Source: an uncultured Saprospiraceae bacterium (lineage in GTDB: Bacteria > Bacteroidota > Bacteroidia > Chitinophagales > Saprospiraceae). From it: a DNA stretch of 64,000 nucleotides. Shown piece by piece: positions 43,360 through 53,589 of the stretch. Under the pieces are notes generated by a model. It was given only the letters and a program-made list of their open reading frames with translations, was not told where the DNA came from and searched no databases. Where the stretch lies: assembly GCA_964533625.1 (NCBI GenBank), contig CAZHNF010000010.1:11875-75874 (forward strand), given 5' to 3'. Numbering within the stretch: the first letter of the stretch is position 1; the number at the start of each line of letters is the position of its first letter. The translations under genes were made by a program, and so were the position numbers.

Positions 43360-45075
43360 GTGGCGATGAAATTATTGGAAGTTAAAAACCTTACGATAAA
43401 GTTTAGGCAGAAGGAATCCATGGTGGAAGCTGTCCATAATCTGCATTTAACTCTTAATCAGGGAGAAACGTTGGGAATCGTTGGTGAATCAGGTTCGGGC
43501 AAGAGTGTAACGGCAATGAGTATTACAAAGCTTCTGGCAAGTAATGCAGAGTATTCCGATGGTGAAATATGGTATACTGAAAATAATTCTGAACCTGTTA
43601 ATCTCTTTAACCTAAGTGAATCAGAACTTCGACCGTACAGGGGAAATAAAATTTCTATTATATTTCAAGAACCTTTGTCTTCATTAAATCCTGTTTTAAC
43701 TTGCGGATATCAGGTATCTGAAGCATTATTAGCACATCAAAAGGCAACTAAAAAAGATGTCCGCTCAAAAGTAATTTATTGGTTTGAAAAAGTAGGCCTG
43801 GATGAACCAGATAGAACATTTGATTCTTACCCTCATCAACTTTCTGGTGGTCAATTGCAAAGAGTGCTTATTGCTCTGGCCCTTTGCTGTGAACCTAAAA
43901 TCGTTATTGCCGATGAACCAACCACCGCGTTAGATGTCAATATTCAAAAAAGAATTCTTGAATTGCTTAATACGCTTAAAGCTGAATTAGGACTAACTAT
44001 AATTTTTATATCACATGACCTTGGTGTGATCCGGTATCTCTGCGATCGGGTTATGGTTATGAATGGGGGAATTAAAGTTGAAGAAAACACAGTTGAAGAA
44101 TTATTCACAAACCCGAATTCAAGTTATACTAAAGGATTAATAAACTCTCGTCCTCCGCTAAGGAAAAAGTTAAAACGATTACCTACTGTTCTTGATTTTA
44201 CGAGTGGAAATACGGCTTATAATTGGTATTTGGATGAGAATATTATACATTCAACAGAACAAGATCGGAAGCTAATTCAACTTCATAGCACCAAGCCATT
44301 GATCTCCATAGAAGGCTTGACAATCCGTTATCCATTAAAACGAAACTGGTTTGGAAAAACCACGGAATATTTTGATGCCGTTAAAAATTTTAATCTAAAT
44401 ATTCATCGAGGCGAAACGGTTGGCATTGTGGGTGAATCAGGTTCGGGAAAATCAAGTCTTGGGAAGGGCATCCTTAATTTAGTTGAGGTTCAATCCGGTA
44501 CCGTTAAGTACAATGATATTGTTCTAACTTCTTTAAATTCACAAGAATGGAGGCCCTTACGTAAAGACCTACAGATCATTTTTCAGGATCCTTACTCTTC
44601 ACTTAATCCTAGAAAAACAATTGGATCAAGTATTGTAGAACCTATGGAGGTTCATCGATTATACGATAATAATAAGCAAAGAAAGGAACGGGCTATTTAT
44701 TTACTAGAATGCGTAGGATTAGAGGCTGATCATTTTCAAAGATATCCTCACCAGTTTTCTGGGGGACAAAGACAAAGAATTTGCATTGCAAGAGCTTTAG
44801 GACTTAATGCAAAGTTTATTGTTTGTGATGAGTCGGTTTCTGCTCTGGATGTTTCTATTCAAGCGCAGGTTCTGAACTTGTTAATGGAATTAAAGGATAA
44901 TTTTCATTTAAGCCTATTGTTTATTACCCATGATGTTTCAGTGGTAAATTTTATCTCTGACAGAGTTGTTGTAATGCAAAAAGGAGAAATTGTAGAAGAA
45001 GGAAAACCATATGAAATAATAAATCAACCAAAATCTAATTATACAAAAACATTGATTTCCTCAATCATAGAATAA
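43360..45075 (+). CDS. ABC transporter ATP-binding protein with duplicated ATPase domains (Dpp/Opp-type, YejF-like)
   Basis: 571 aa. Two sets of Walker A (GESGSGKS x2), signature (LSGGQLQR, FSGGQRQR) and Walker B (IADEPT, VCDESV). No permease gene is adjacent. Confidence 0.88.
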   Translation: MAMKLLEVKNLTIKFRQKESMVEAVHNLHLTLNQGETLGIVGESGSGKSVTAMSITKLLASNAEYSDGEIWYTENNSEPVNLFNLSESELRPYRGNKISIIFQEPLSSLNPVLTCGYQVSEALLAHQKATKKDVRSKVIYWFEKVGLDEPDRTFDSYPHQLSGGQLQRVLIALALCCEPKIVIADEPTTALDVNIQKRILELLNTLKAELGLTIIFISHDLGVIRYLCDRVMVMNGGIKVEENTVEELFTNPNSSYTKGLINSRPPLRKKLKRLPTVLDFTSGNTAYNWYLDENIIHSTEQDRKLIQLHSTKPLISIEGLTIRYPLKRNWFGKTTEYFDAVKNFNLNIHRGETVGIVGESGSGKSSLGKGILNLVEVQSGTVKYNDIVLTSLNSQEWRPLRKDLQIIFQDPYSSLNPRKTIGSSIVEPMEVHRLYDNNKQRKERAIYLLECVGLEADHFQRYPHQFSGGQRQRICIARALGLNAKFIVCDESVSALDVSIQAQVLNLLMELKDNFHLSLLFITHDVSVVNFISDRVVVMQKGEIVEEGKPYEIINQPKSNYTKTLISSIIE

Positions 45076-45115
45076 TCTAAAATAAAATTGTTTTAATCTT
45101 GTTTATGACAGTTAT

Positions 45116-46273
45116 TCAATTTTGATAATCATACATAAGATTGCAACCCCTTATCTCCGAATCTCTTATTCTACCAATAACCTCAAAGTTACCATTTTCA
45201 TATAGGATGCCAAAATCATCTGTTTGAATAAAACAGCAACTGTGAAGGTTAGCCAGGTCGATAACATTTATTCTACCACGTTTGCCATTAGGAATGAATT
45301 CAAAAGGATCATCAATATTAGTAATTAGTATTTTTAGATGAACTGATGGTTTGTAGCTCATTCCATCTAAAGCATAAGCTTGAGATAGCATTTCAGTCAT
45401 TCCGTATTCAGAAATTATTATGGAATTCGGAAATCCAGATTGAATATGATCAAGGATTTCCGATTTGGTATAATCTCTATTATCCGTCTTCATTCCGCCT
45501 GTTTCAATAATGATTAAATTCGAAGAGTGAATGGGAAATTGAGTTGCAAAGTCAATTAAAGCAAAACTTACACCAAATAAAATAACGGTATGGTCTTCAT
45601 CTATAAGTTTATGTAGATTGTTATCCAGAGCTTCGAAATCAGTATAATAAAGCTTATCTGTTGTTCCGTTTATTTTTTTTCCAAAATTATTAATCATGTG
45701 AATCAGTGACGAATTTGGATTATTGTAATAGCCGGGAAGCAGCGCAAGAATTTTTAATTTAGAAGAATTTAGTTTTAATTTATTGAGGACTAATTCATTA
45801 AAGTTAAGCCAAGAACTATTCTGATAATCCTTTAATGCTCGAATGTAATGTTTGGATCGAATCGAATGACTTGTTCCCGATGATTCAAAAATTGTTTCTT
45901 CTAACCAAGAACCAGTTTTGATTTCATGCGATTTAAATAATTCTATCGGTAAAAATCGAAGCTCTGACAGGGTTTTTGCTTGTTCTATGTCGTAATGAAT
46001 GGCCGACAAATACTTACTAAAAACTTGATTTTGTCGGGCTTGAATTTTAAAGATTTCAATAGCTTTTAATTCAAACTCCTTGCTTGTAATTTCTAAGGTA
46101 TGCTGATCAGTGTTTACTTTAGTGACTGGCCCATAAATTTGTTGAAATAAGAGTAATTTTTGACGAGCCGAATTGTTGTATTCCAAATAACTATCAACCA
46201 AAAGTTTTTCTTCCTGATTACATAAACCTAATGCATATTTTCGTAATAAAGATTCTGGATGGGGTATGTTCAT
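45116..46273 (-). CDS. LuxE/PaaK-like adenylate-forming acyl-protein synthetase family protein
   Basis: 385 aa. FESSGTSHS..KH and ETGGMK motifs as in the LuxE family (PF04443). The start ATG shares 1 nt with the upstream stop (TGATG at 46273). Confidence 0.6.
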   Translation of the reverse strand: MNIPHPESLLRKYALGLCNQEEKLLVDSYLEYNNSARQKLLLFQQIYGPVTKVNTDQHTLEITSKEFELKAIEIFKIQARQNQVFSKYLSAIHYDIEQAKTLSELRFLPIELFKSHEIKTGSWLEETIFESSGTSHSIRSKHYIRALKDYQNSSWLNFNELVLNKLKLNSSKLKILALLPGYYNNPNSSLIHMINNFGKKINGTTDKLYYTDFEALDNNLHKLIDEDHTVILFGVSFALIDFATQFPIHSSNLIIIETGGMKTDNRDYTKSEILDHIQSGFPNSIIISEYGMTEMLSQAYALDGMSYKPSVHLKILITNIDDPFEFIPNGKRGRINVIDLANLHSCCFIQTDDFGILYENGNFEVIGRIRDSEIRGCNLMYDYQN

Positions 46274-47442
46274 CAGGAATAAGTAAACCTTGAATGCTCG
46301 TTCACAACAATAACTTCAGCTTTATCGCTTTCTTCTACCCTTCCTATAACTTTCGCATCGATTCCGAATTCCTTAGAAATAGAAATGATATGATCAGCAA
46401 AATCGGGGTCCGTGTATATCTCTAAGCGATGACCCATATTGTAAACTTCATACATTTCATCGGGAGTGCATAACGTTACTTCTTTAATCAAATCAAACAC
46501 CGGAGGTAATTCAAAAAGATTGTCTTTGATAATTCTTCTTCTATGTATAAACTTTTTGACTTTGGTTTGAGCTCCTCCTGTGCAGTGGATAATACCTTGA
46601 ATATTGTTGCGATGATTTGCAATAATTTGAGATATAACAGGCAGATAAGTTCTGGTAGGACTGAGTAATAATTGACCAATTTCGTACTGCTGATGCTGAT
46701 AAGAATATAAATCAGTTAATCTATGCGGCCCTGTATATTGAACTTCATGATTCGTTTCCATAGAGACCGATTCAGGATATTTCTGTAAATAATACTTGGA
46801 TAACACGTCATGGCGGGCGGCTGTTAATCCATTGGAACCAATGCCGCTATTATACTTATGCTCATAACTTGCTTGTCCGGATGAAGATAAGCCAACGATT
46901 ACCGCACCGCTTTGAATGTTTATTCGAATGACATCACTTCGTTTCATTCTTCCGAAAGCAGTAATCCCAACATCAATCGTGCGAACAATATCACCGACAT
47001 CTGCAGTCTCACCTCCTCCCGAATGAATTCCGATTCCAAGGTTTCTCAAATCTTTTAAAATATTCTCAGTGGCACTTATTATTCGATCAATAACTATACC
47101 TGGTATGAGGTGTTTATTGCGACCAATAGTTGAAGAAATAACAATGCCATCTATTAATCCAACGCAAGCCAAGTCATCGATATTCATAACCAAAGCATCC
47201 TGGGCTACTCCATCCCATATACTGATGTCTCCTGTCTCTTTCCAGTACAAATAAGCTAAAGATGTTTTTGTGCCGGCTGTATCAGCGTGAATCAGATTGC
47301 AGTAGTCTGAATTGTTAGCAACCAAATCCGGTAAAATTTTGCAGAATGCATCAGGATAGATTCCCTTGTCGTGATTTTTTATAGCTTCATGAATTTCTTC
47401 TTTGGAAGCCGAGACCCCTAATGCGTCGTATCTTTTAGACAT
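46273..47442 (-). CDS. purM: AIR synthase (PurM) family protein, probably phosphoribosylformylglycinamidine cyclo-ligase
   Basis: 389 aa. HADTAGTK, MNIDDLACVG, GGGETADV, GLSSSG....NG, CTGGAQTK and YNMGHRLE segments parallel the PurM-superfamily motifs. This looks like the long form I recall from Bacteroidota. Confidence 0.6.
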   Translation of the reverse strand: MSKRYDALGVSASKEEIHEAIKNHDKGIYPDAFCKILPDLVANNSDYCNLIHADTAGTKTSLAYLYWKETGDISIWDGVAQDALVMNIDDLACVGLIDGIVISSTIGRNKHLIPGIVIDRIISATENILKDLRNLGIGIHSGGGETADVGDIVRTIDVGITAFGRMKRSDVIRINIQSGAVIVGLSSSGQASYEHKYNSGIGSNGLTAARHDVLSKYYLQKYPESVSMETNHEVQYTGPHRLTDLYSYQHQQYEIGQLLLSPTRTYLPVISQIIANHRNNIQGIIHCTGGAQTKVKKFIHRRRIIKDNLFELPPVFDLIKEVTLCTPDEMYEVYNMGHRLEIYTDPDFADHIISISKEFGIDAKVIGRVEESDKAEVIVVNEHSRFTYS

Positions 47443-47460
47443 TTAAATACAAATATTTAA

Positions 47461-47468
47461 CAAAGTTA
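47461..47468 (-). promoter_or_regulatory. Candidate -7 box TAACTTTG for the purM-family operon
   Basis: TAnnTTTG on the minus strand, 18 nt upstream of ATG 47442. Confidence 0.4.
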
Positions 47469-47632
47469 ACACTATTGTCATTATCTTCGTAATTGCTAAT
47501 TAATCATTTAATATTGAAAATAATATAATTTAATAAAATTATTAATATATTAAAGAATTTATATTTTTCAGGTATATGTTAATATTGCAAAACAAAACAA
47601 TTATTAATTTTAGACCGGAATTCAAATTGTAG

Positions 47633-48472
47633 ATGAAACTTCTACCGTTAGAACGCGTATCGGGACTTACCAAAGAAAGGTTTAGGGAGGAGTACTTGAA
47701 GCCTAAAAAGCCTGTTGTTTTTACTGATTTGATAGATTCTTGGCCTGCTAAAGAAAAGTGGAACTGGGACTATTTTATTAATCGGTTTGGACATATTGAA
47801 GTACCGGTCGCTGACCCTAGTTTCTCAGCTCCAGGAAAAAATTATCTTACGACTTCTATGAAAATGAAGTTCGGAGATTATCTCAATTTAATAAGGTCAC
47901 AACCTGTTGATTTGAGAATTTTCTTATACAATATATTGAAAAACATTCCGGAATTAACGAATGACATTAGACCCTTTACGATTATGAATGGATTCCTCGA
48001 TGAGTATCCATTTATGTTCTTTGGTGGACAGGGGTCTTATACCAGAATACATTATGATATTGATTGCTCCAACGTTTTTTTAACTCAGTTTCAATCGAGG
48101 AAAAGAGTATTGTTATTTCATCCCAGTCAAGGGAAGTATTTACATCATTTACCCTTTACGGTTACCTGCGAGATTGATCTAATCAAGCCTGACGAGGAGA
48201 AATATCCATCCCTCAAGTATCTTGAAGGTTATGAGGTAATCTTAAATCATGGAGAGACGGTATTTATACCAAGTCAATGGTGGCATCATATTGAATATAC
48301 AGATGCCGGATTTTCTCTAGCTTTAAGAGCTAATGATTCTATGGCATTGAGAGCCAAAGGGGCCTATAACATTGCTAGAACTTTTTTGATCGATAGAGGA
48401 ATGAATCAGATGCTCGGCTCTAAATGGCTTAATATTAAGATCGCATTAGCGAAAGCAAACGCACCAGTTTAA
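47633..48472 (+). CDS. JmjC/cupin_8-type Fe(II)/2-oxoglutarate oxygenase-like protein
   Basis: 279 aa. ..SYTRIHYDID.. (HxD) and ..WWHHIEY.. (distal His) give a facial-triad arrangement. N-terminal P.VFTDL...WPA pattern of cupin_8 proteins. Confidence 0.7.
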   Translation: MKLLPLERVSGLTKERFREEYLKPKKPVVFTDLIDSWPAKEKWNWDYFINRFGHIEVPVADPSFSAPGKNYLTTSMKMKFGDYLNLIRSQPVDLRIFLYNILKNIPELTNDIRPFTIMNGFLDEYPFMFFGGQGSYTRIHYDIDCSNVFLTQFQSRKRVLLFHPSQGKYLHHLPFTVTCEIDLIKPDEEKYPSLKYLEGYEVILNHGETVFIPSQWWHHIEYTDAGFSLALRANDSMALRAKGAYNIARTFLIDRGMNQMLGSKWLNIKIALAKANAPV

Positions 48473-48556
48473 TCTCTTTTTACTTTATTGGCATAAAATT
48501 TGAAGTTTTTTCAGAAGTAATATTCGCTATTACTGTTAAAACCAAACCGAATAGAG

Positions 48557-48582
48557 TCCCGGATTTATCTGGGATTTTTTTT
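48557..48582 (+). terminator. Rho-independent terminator after the JmjC-like gene
   Basis: TCCCGGA-TTTA-TCTGGGA (7-bp stem with one G-U pair) followed by TTTTTTTT. Confidence 0.7.
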
Positions 48583-48687
48583 GTGTTATTTAAACTCATG
48601 AACGACAAGGATTTCAACAGATCAAATAATCGTTAGTTATTTTTCAATCTACGGATTCATAAGATTCAATTTTAATTCAAGTATTTA

Positions 48688-50001
48688 TCAGGTTCTTCTC
48701 TCCTTTTTTCGAGCAGCTGGAAATAGTATGTTATTGAGGATTAATCTATATCCCGGTGAGTTAGGATGTAAACTGAGATCTGTGGGTGGATCGCCAACCT
48801 GATGTTGATAATCTTCAGGATCATGTCCTGAATAAAAAGTCCAGGTTCCATACCCAAAGGTTCCATGTATGTATCTGGCTTCATCAGCAGACTTATTATC
48901 TCCGAGCACCAATACATCAGGTTTAATATATTCTCGTTTGAAAGCTGTTGTTTGGCCCATAAAGCCTTTTACTGTTCTGGTGTGATTCTGAGTAAGCATA
49001 GTAGGAACGGGATCCCATTTGGCTGAGAAATCAAATAAACTAAAGTAATCCTGTTCAGGTGTTACAGTCCTACCTATGGTGTTGTCTATGGATGAAAATT
49101 CATAGGTATAAGGATCTTTAATTAAGGTAAAGTTTCTAAAGGCTATGGTTTTGGTGAAATCGAGTTTGCTATCCATATTGGCATCCATTCCATCCCCGTC
49201 AAACATACTTTCACAAATGTCTACCCCTTCTGCTGCCAGAGCAATATCATAAGAATCGGTGGCAGAACACATGGTAAATAAAAATCCACCTCCAGCTACA
49301 TAATCTTTAATCTTCTTGGCTACCGATAGTTTCAATTGTGAGACTTTGTTAAATCCTAACTCGTGAGCTAGTCTTTCCTGTCTTGTTTGATTCTCACGAT
49401 ACCATTCGAAACCGCTGTACTGGCGATAGAATTTTCCATATTGACCTGTGAAGTCTTCGTGATGAAGATGCAACCAATCGTATTTAGCCAGCATTCCACC
49501 AACAATTTCTTTATCATAAATTTTGTCAAAAGGAATTTCCGCGTAGGTCAAAGCAAGGGTTACCGCATCGTCCCAGGGTTGAATCCTTTCTCCTTTTTCA
49601 TTTAGCTCAGGGGTGTAAACCGCAATCTTGGGTGCCTTTTCTAATTTAATTACATCCTGATTGATTTCGGGATTTGCAATGTCTGCTTTTATTCTTTCAA
49701 ACTCGGCATCTGTTATTATTTCAAAAGTAACACCTCTGGTCAGGCATTCCTTTTCAATAAGTTTTACATAAGGAAGTGCAAAGCTACCACCCTTGTAATT
49801 CAGCAGCCAAAAAGCATCTACATTCTGTGAAATGACCCAATACGTTATTCCATATGCCTTTAGATGATTTGTTTGCTTTAAGTCCATAGGCAACAACAAA
49901 TAACTAGCATAAAGCGTTAGACTTTGTCCCAAAAGAAAACAAAAGATTAGCGCTAAGAATCGTAAAGATGATGAACGTATCAAAGAAAAAGTCCTAGCCA
50001 T
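48688..50001 (-). CDS. Conserved-looking hypothetical exported or membrane-anchored protein
   Basis: 437 aa. N-terminal hydrophobic anchor (LRFLALIFCFLLGQSL). No catalytic motif that I can name with confidence. Confidence 0.6.
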   Translation of the reverse strand: MARTFSLIRSSSLRFLALIFCFLLGQSLTLYASYLLLPMDLKQTNHLKAYGITYWVISQNVDAFWLLNYKGGSFALPYVKLIEKECLTRGVTFEIITDAEFERIKADIANPEINQDVIKLEKAPKIAVYTPELNEKGERIQPWDDAVTLALTYAEIPFDKIYDKEIVGGMLAKYDWLHLHHEDFTGQYGKFYRQYSGFEWYRENQTRQERLAHELGFNKVSQLKLSVAKKIKDYVAGGGFLFTMCSATDSYDIALAAEGVDICESMFDGDGMDANMDSKLDFTKTIAFRNFTLIKDPYTYEFSSIDNTIGRTVTPEQDYFSLFDFSAKWDPVPTMLTQNHTRTVKGFMGQTTAFKREYIKPDVLVLGDNKSADEARYIHGTFGYGTWTFYSGHDPEDYQHQVGDPPTDLSLHPNSPGYRLILNNILFPAARKKERRT

Positions 50002-50121
50002 GAATAGATCGAAGATTTGTCTAATATTAAAATAAATAACTGAATATCAAAAAGTTACTCTTAAAAATTTAGTTTTATAAGAATTCTCCTTTTTTAGATA
50101 TTTGCAGCTCTTTAACGCAGA

Positions 50122-52218
50122 ATGGGTCAGCTTAGTTTTCAATATCCTGTATATTATCTGTGGCTTTGCTTATTGGTGGCCATAGCTGGAAGTGTATTGT
50201 TGTATTACAAGAGCAAATCTTTATCCGATAAATCTGTTACCCAAAAATTATTTCTGGCTATTCTCCGAGGATTAAGCATTTTATTTCTTGGATTATTGCT
50301 CATGAATCCGCTGCTTAAAAGCTTTCAGTCGGAATTGAAAAAACCGCAATTGTCTATTGCTTTGGATCAAAGTGAATCTATGAATTTTAAAGATTCAAGC
50401 TGGAAGGTGAAATTCAATGAAGATTTCAAATCCTTTAAAAATAATCTTTCCGATAAATATCAAATTGATCAATATTATTTCGCGTCTAAGACGGATAAAT
50501 CAGAAATAAGTAAAAGTTATACTAAAAGAACCAGTATCGAAGATGCTTTTACAATCATAAATGATCAATCCAATCCACAATTGTTAAAGGGAGTAATTCT
50601 TATTTCAGATGGGATTTACAATTCCGGAAGGAATCCTTATTACCATAATCTGGTTCAAACTGTACCGATCTTTTCAGTTTTTCACGGGGATAGTGTTCAA
50701 GAGAAAGATCTTGTTGTTCAGAGGGTTTATCACAATGAAATTATATACTCAGGAGACAAATTTTCGATATTAGTTGACCTTCAAGCCTGGCATGCCAAGG
50801 ATGATGTAATACAGTTCAAATTAGAAGGCAACGAAAATAATTTGTGGAAAACCATCTATGAGTCCAAAGACAACATTAACTCGAATTCATTTTTTCTAAA
50901 CAAAGAGATTATTCATGAACCACTTCAGCCCGGTATTTATAAGTTCAGAGTTAGTTGTAGTTCCGTCAAGGGCGAAAGAAACATCAAAAACAATTCTCAA
51001 CAATTTATTCTTGAAGTTCTTGATGCCAGGAAAAAAGTATTAATCTATGCATTGGGTCCTCATCCCGATTTATCCGCTATAAAATCAGCCTTAGAATCCA
51101 ATAAAAATTATCAGGTCGATATTCAATTTACCCATCAGAATCCGGAAAAGTTGGAAACCTATAATTTGGTTATATTTCATCAATTACCATCGGTCTCTAA
51201 TAATATTCGATCGATTCTTAATGTGCTCAATACTCAAAAGATTTCCCGGTTTTTCATTGTCGGTCAGGCTACCAATCTAAATGACTTGAATAATGTTCAG
51301 GACCTTATTCGCATAGCTGGATCCGGAGCAAAGCCTAATGAATCTCAAGCTATACCGAATCAGAGTTTCAATAATTTTACTTTAAGTGATGGTTTACAAA
51401 AAATTATCCTATCATTTCCACCGATTAATGCCCCATTCGGAAATTACGAATCTGATCCAATAGCGAATATTTTATTATATCAAAGGATCGGTAAGGTGGA
51501 CACCAAATATCCTCTATTATTGTTTTCTGATAAGTCCGGGATAAAGACCGGAGTGTTATGCGGTGAAGGAATATGGAAATGGAAGTTTAACGAATTTGTA
51601 CAAACTAATTCTTCGAATTCGTTTAATGAACTAATTTCTAAAATCGTACAGTACACTTCAGTGAAAGAAGATAGACGGAAATTCAGGGTCATCACTAATA
51701 AAAAAGTTCTTGGAGAATCAGAGGATCTAATTTTCAATGCAGAATTGTATAACGATTCCTATGAGCGCATCAACATACCAGATGTAAGTCTTCAGATTAT
51801 TTCAGAAGACAATAAAAAGTATGACTTTACCTTAGGTAAAAAAGAGAATTATTACGAATTAAATGTGGGGACATTACCTCCAGGAGATTATCGATATGCA
51901 TCTAAAACAAATTGGATGGATCGGGAACAAAAAGCAGATGGAAGGTTCGTAGTGGTTGAAGAAGATGTTGAGTTAAACAACCTTGTTGCTAGACCTGATT
52001 TGTTAAGAGGATTATCGGAGAAATCCAACGGCAGATTTTTTTATGAATCGCAACTTAAAGAATTACAAGAGCAATTACTTTCTCAGGAGCAACATAAACC
52101 TATCTTATTTCAATCTCTGGATATTAAACCATTTATCGACTATCGACTGTTGATGTTCTTAGTCTTATTACTTCTTTCGGCAGAATGGTTTTTAAGACGA
52201 TATTGGGGCAGTTATTAA
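50122..52218 (+). CDS. Membrane protein with BatA-like N-terminal double-TM segment and a vWA-like (DxSxS) domain
   Basis: 698 aa. Two N-terminal TM helices. ALDQSESM (MIDAS-like DxSxS) then VILISDG. C-terminal TM (LLMFLVLLLLSAEWFL). Confidence 0.65.
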   Translation: MGQLSFQYPVYYLWLCLLVAIAGSVLLYYKSKSLSDKSVTQKLFLAILRGLSILFLGLLLMNPLLKSFQSELKKPQLSIALDQSESMNFKDSSWKVKFNEDFKSFKNNLSDKYQIDQYYFASKTDKSEISKSYTKRTSIEDAFTIINDQSNPQLLKGVILISDGIYNSGRNPYYHNLVQTVPIFSVFHGDSVQEKDLVVQRVYHNEIIYSGDKFSILVDLQAWHAKDDVIQFKLEGNENNLWKTIYESKDNINSNSFFLNKEIIHEPLQPGIYKFRVSCSSVKGERNIKNNSQQFILEVLDARKKVLIYALGPHPDLSAIKSALESNKNYQVDIQFTHQNPEKLETYNLVIFHQLPSVSNNIRSILNVLNTQKISRFFIVGQATNLNDLNNVQDLIRIAGSGAKPNESQAIPNQSFNNFTLSDGLQKIILSFPPINAPFGNYESDPIANILLYQRIGKVDTKYPLLLFSDKSGIKTGVLCGEGIWKWKFNEFVQTNSSNSFNELISKIVQYTSVKEDRRKFRVITNKKVLGESEDLIFNAELYNDSYERINIPDVSLQIISEDNKKYDFTLGKKENYYELNVGTLPPGDYRYASKTNWMDREQKADGRFVVVEEDVELNNLVARPDLLRGLSEKSNGRFFYESQLKELQEQLLSQEQHKPILFQSLDIKPFIDYRLLMFLVLLLLSAEWFLRRYWGSY

Positions 52219-52219
52219 T

Positions 52220-52723
52220 TTATTTCACCTCAGAGGAAGTGACTTGCATTTTAGGAGTTGCAAAATCCATAACCCAGTACTGACCTTCTTTTGCTACGCC
52301 AAAATCTGAATAATTTCCCATGATATTTTTACAATGTCCTGGGCTTTGAATCCAGGCCGAAAATACATCTTCCGGGTATTCATATCCCTGCGCTATATTT
52401 TCAGAATAAGCTTTCCATTCATAATGAGCCATATCTAAGCGTGAGCGAACATTTGAACCATCATCTCCCTGATGACTTAAAATATCAGTTTTAGCCAAGG
52501 TAATGGCCTGATTTGAAGCTGCTGATTCGAGTTTTTCATTTCGCTGAAGTGGCTTAACCGGAGGATATTTGATTTTACCACATATGCAGCCGGTCGATCT
52601 CTGTTGATTTACAAGCTGATACAATTGAGTTTGATAATCTTCAGGATTATTTTGAGCATTAAGAAATGAGCAGGCTCCGGCAATAATCAAAAAGAAAGAG
52701 GAGTTGAGAAAAATCCGGTTCAT
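52220..52723 (-). CDS. CAP/SCP (PR-1-like, YkwD-type) domain secreted protein
   Basis: 167 aa. Signal peptide. ..N..R......L..N..L..AA..QA.......SH.G..GS....R.....Y.....ENIA.G......VF..W..SPGH..NI.. is the CAP-domain pattern. Confidence 0.75.
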   Translation of the reverse strand: MNRIFLNSSFFLIIAGACSFLNAQNNPEDYQTQLYQLVNQQRSTGCICGKIKYPPVKPLQRNEKLESAASNQAITLAKTDILSHQGDDGSNVRSRLDMAHYEWKAYSENIAQGYEYPEDVFSAWIQSPGHCKNIMGNYSDFGVAKEGQYWVMDFATPKMQVTSSEVK

Positions 52724-52763
52724 TCGAAATAAACGATTTTTCGTATTAAAAGTTTTAATGATA

Positions 52764-53573
52764 TCAAAAATATTGATTCATTATTTGGTGGTATTCTAAT
52801 ACTGCCTTTCGAATATCCTCCCGGGTTGTTTGATTGCCATTTGGATACATTATTTTTCTTGACACATTAATAAGTATGCCTTCGTCCTGAATTCTCAAAC
52901 GATGAATAGTAGATTCAAGGTCACCCCCTTGTTCCCCGACCCCAGGAATTAATAGAAAACTATTTTTAGCGATGCTTCTAATTTTACTCATCCATTTTGG
53001 CTGGGTTGCTCCAACGACATACATGATATTATCCTGGAATTCCGTTTGATTAAAGCTTGAAATAACCTTTTCAAATAAATACTGGCCGGATTCTGTTTTT
53101 AATTTTTCAAAATCATCACTTCCAGGATTGCTGGTTAGTGCCAGAATAATAGACCATTTATTTTTGTATCTTAAGAATGGTTCCAGCGAATCAATTCCCA
53201 TATAAGGATGCAGTGTGACCGCATCAACTCCTAATACATCAAAATAATACTGTGCGTATTGGGATGAGGTATTGCCAATATCTGCTCTTTTAGCATCCGC
53301 AATAATCAAACACTCCGAAGGAATGCAACGAACCAATTTTTCTAATTGTCTCCACCCTTCTGAACCTTGTCGTTCAAAGAATGCAACATTTATTTTATAA
53401 GCTATTGCAAAATCCTGGCTCTCTTCAATTATCGTTTTGCAGTATGAGAACAATGGTTCATTATTTGAGCGATAAGATTCTGGGATTTTATCAATGTCAG
53501 GATCTAAACCAACACAAAGGAAATTCTTCTTTTCTCTTATTCTTTGAATTAGGTACTGTCGATTTTTGTGCAC
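52764..53573 (-). CDS. pyrF: Orotidine 5'-phosphate decarboxylase (long, type 2 form)
   Basis: 269 aa. LCVGLDPD, KINVAFFE, IADAKRADIGNT and LIPGVG motifs. Confidence 0.88.
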   Translation of the reverse strand: MHKNRQYLIQRIREKKNFLCVGLDPDIDKIPESYRSNNEPLFSYCKTIIEESQDFAIAYKINVAFFERQGSEGWRQLEKLVRCIPSECLIIADAKRADIGNTSSQYAQYYFDVLGVDAVTLHPYMGIDSLEPFLRYKNKWSIILALTSNPGSDDFEKLKTESGQYLFEKVISSFNQTEFQDNIMYVVGATQPKWMSKIRSIAKNSFLLIPGVGEQGGDLESTIHRLRIQDEGILINVSRKIMYPNGNQTTREDIRKAVLEYHQIMNQYF

Positions 53574-53589
53574 GCTTTTATATTATGGT

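Noticed and set aside
40872-43421. ORFs within or overlapping the AsmA-family gene and its promoter region: 40872-41192, 41679-41942, 41903-42118, 42021-42215, 42468-42734, 42966-43301 and 43170-43421.
   Set aside because: They lie antisense to or overlap a continuous 1026-aa ORF and the ABC gene start. They have no motifs and a composition typical of reverse-frame artefacts.
52216-52222. Convergent stop codons of the vWA-like and CAP-domain genes separated by a single nucleotide (TAATTTA).
   Set aside because: It is real in the sequence, but I cannot attach function to it. It is noted within the finding on the divergent pair rather than as a separate signal.
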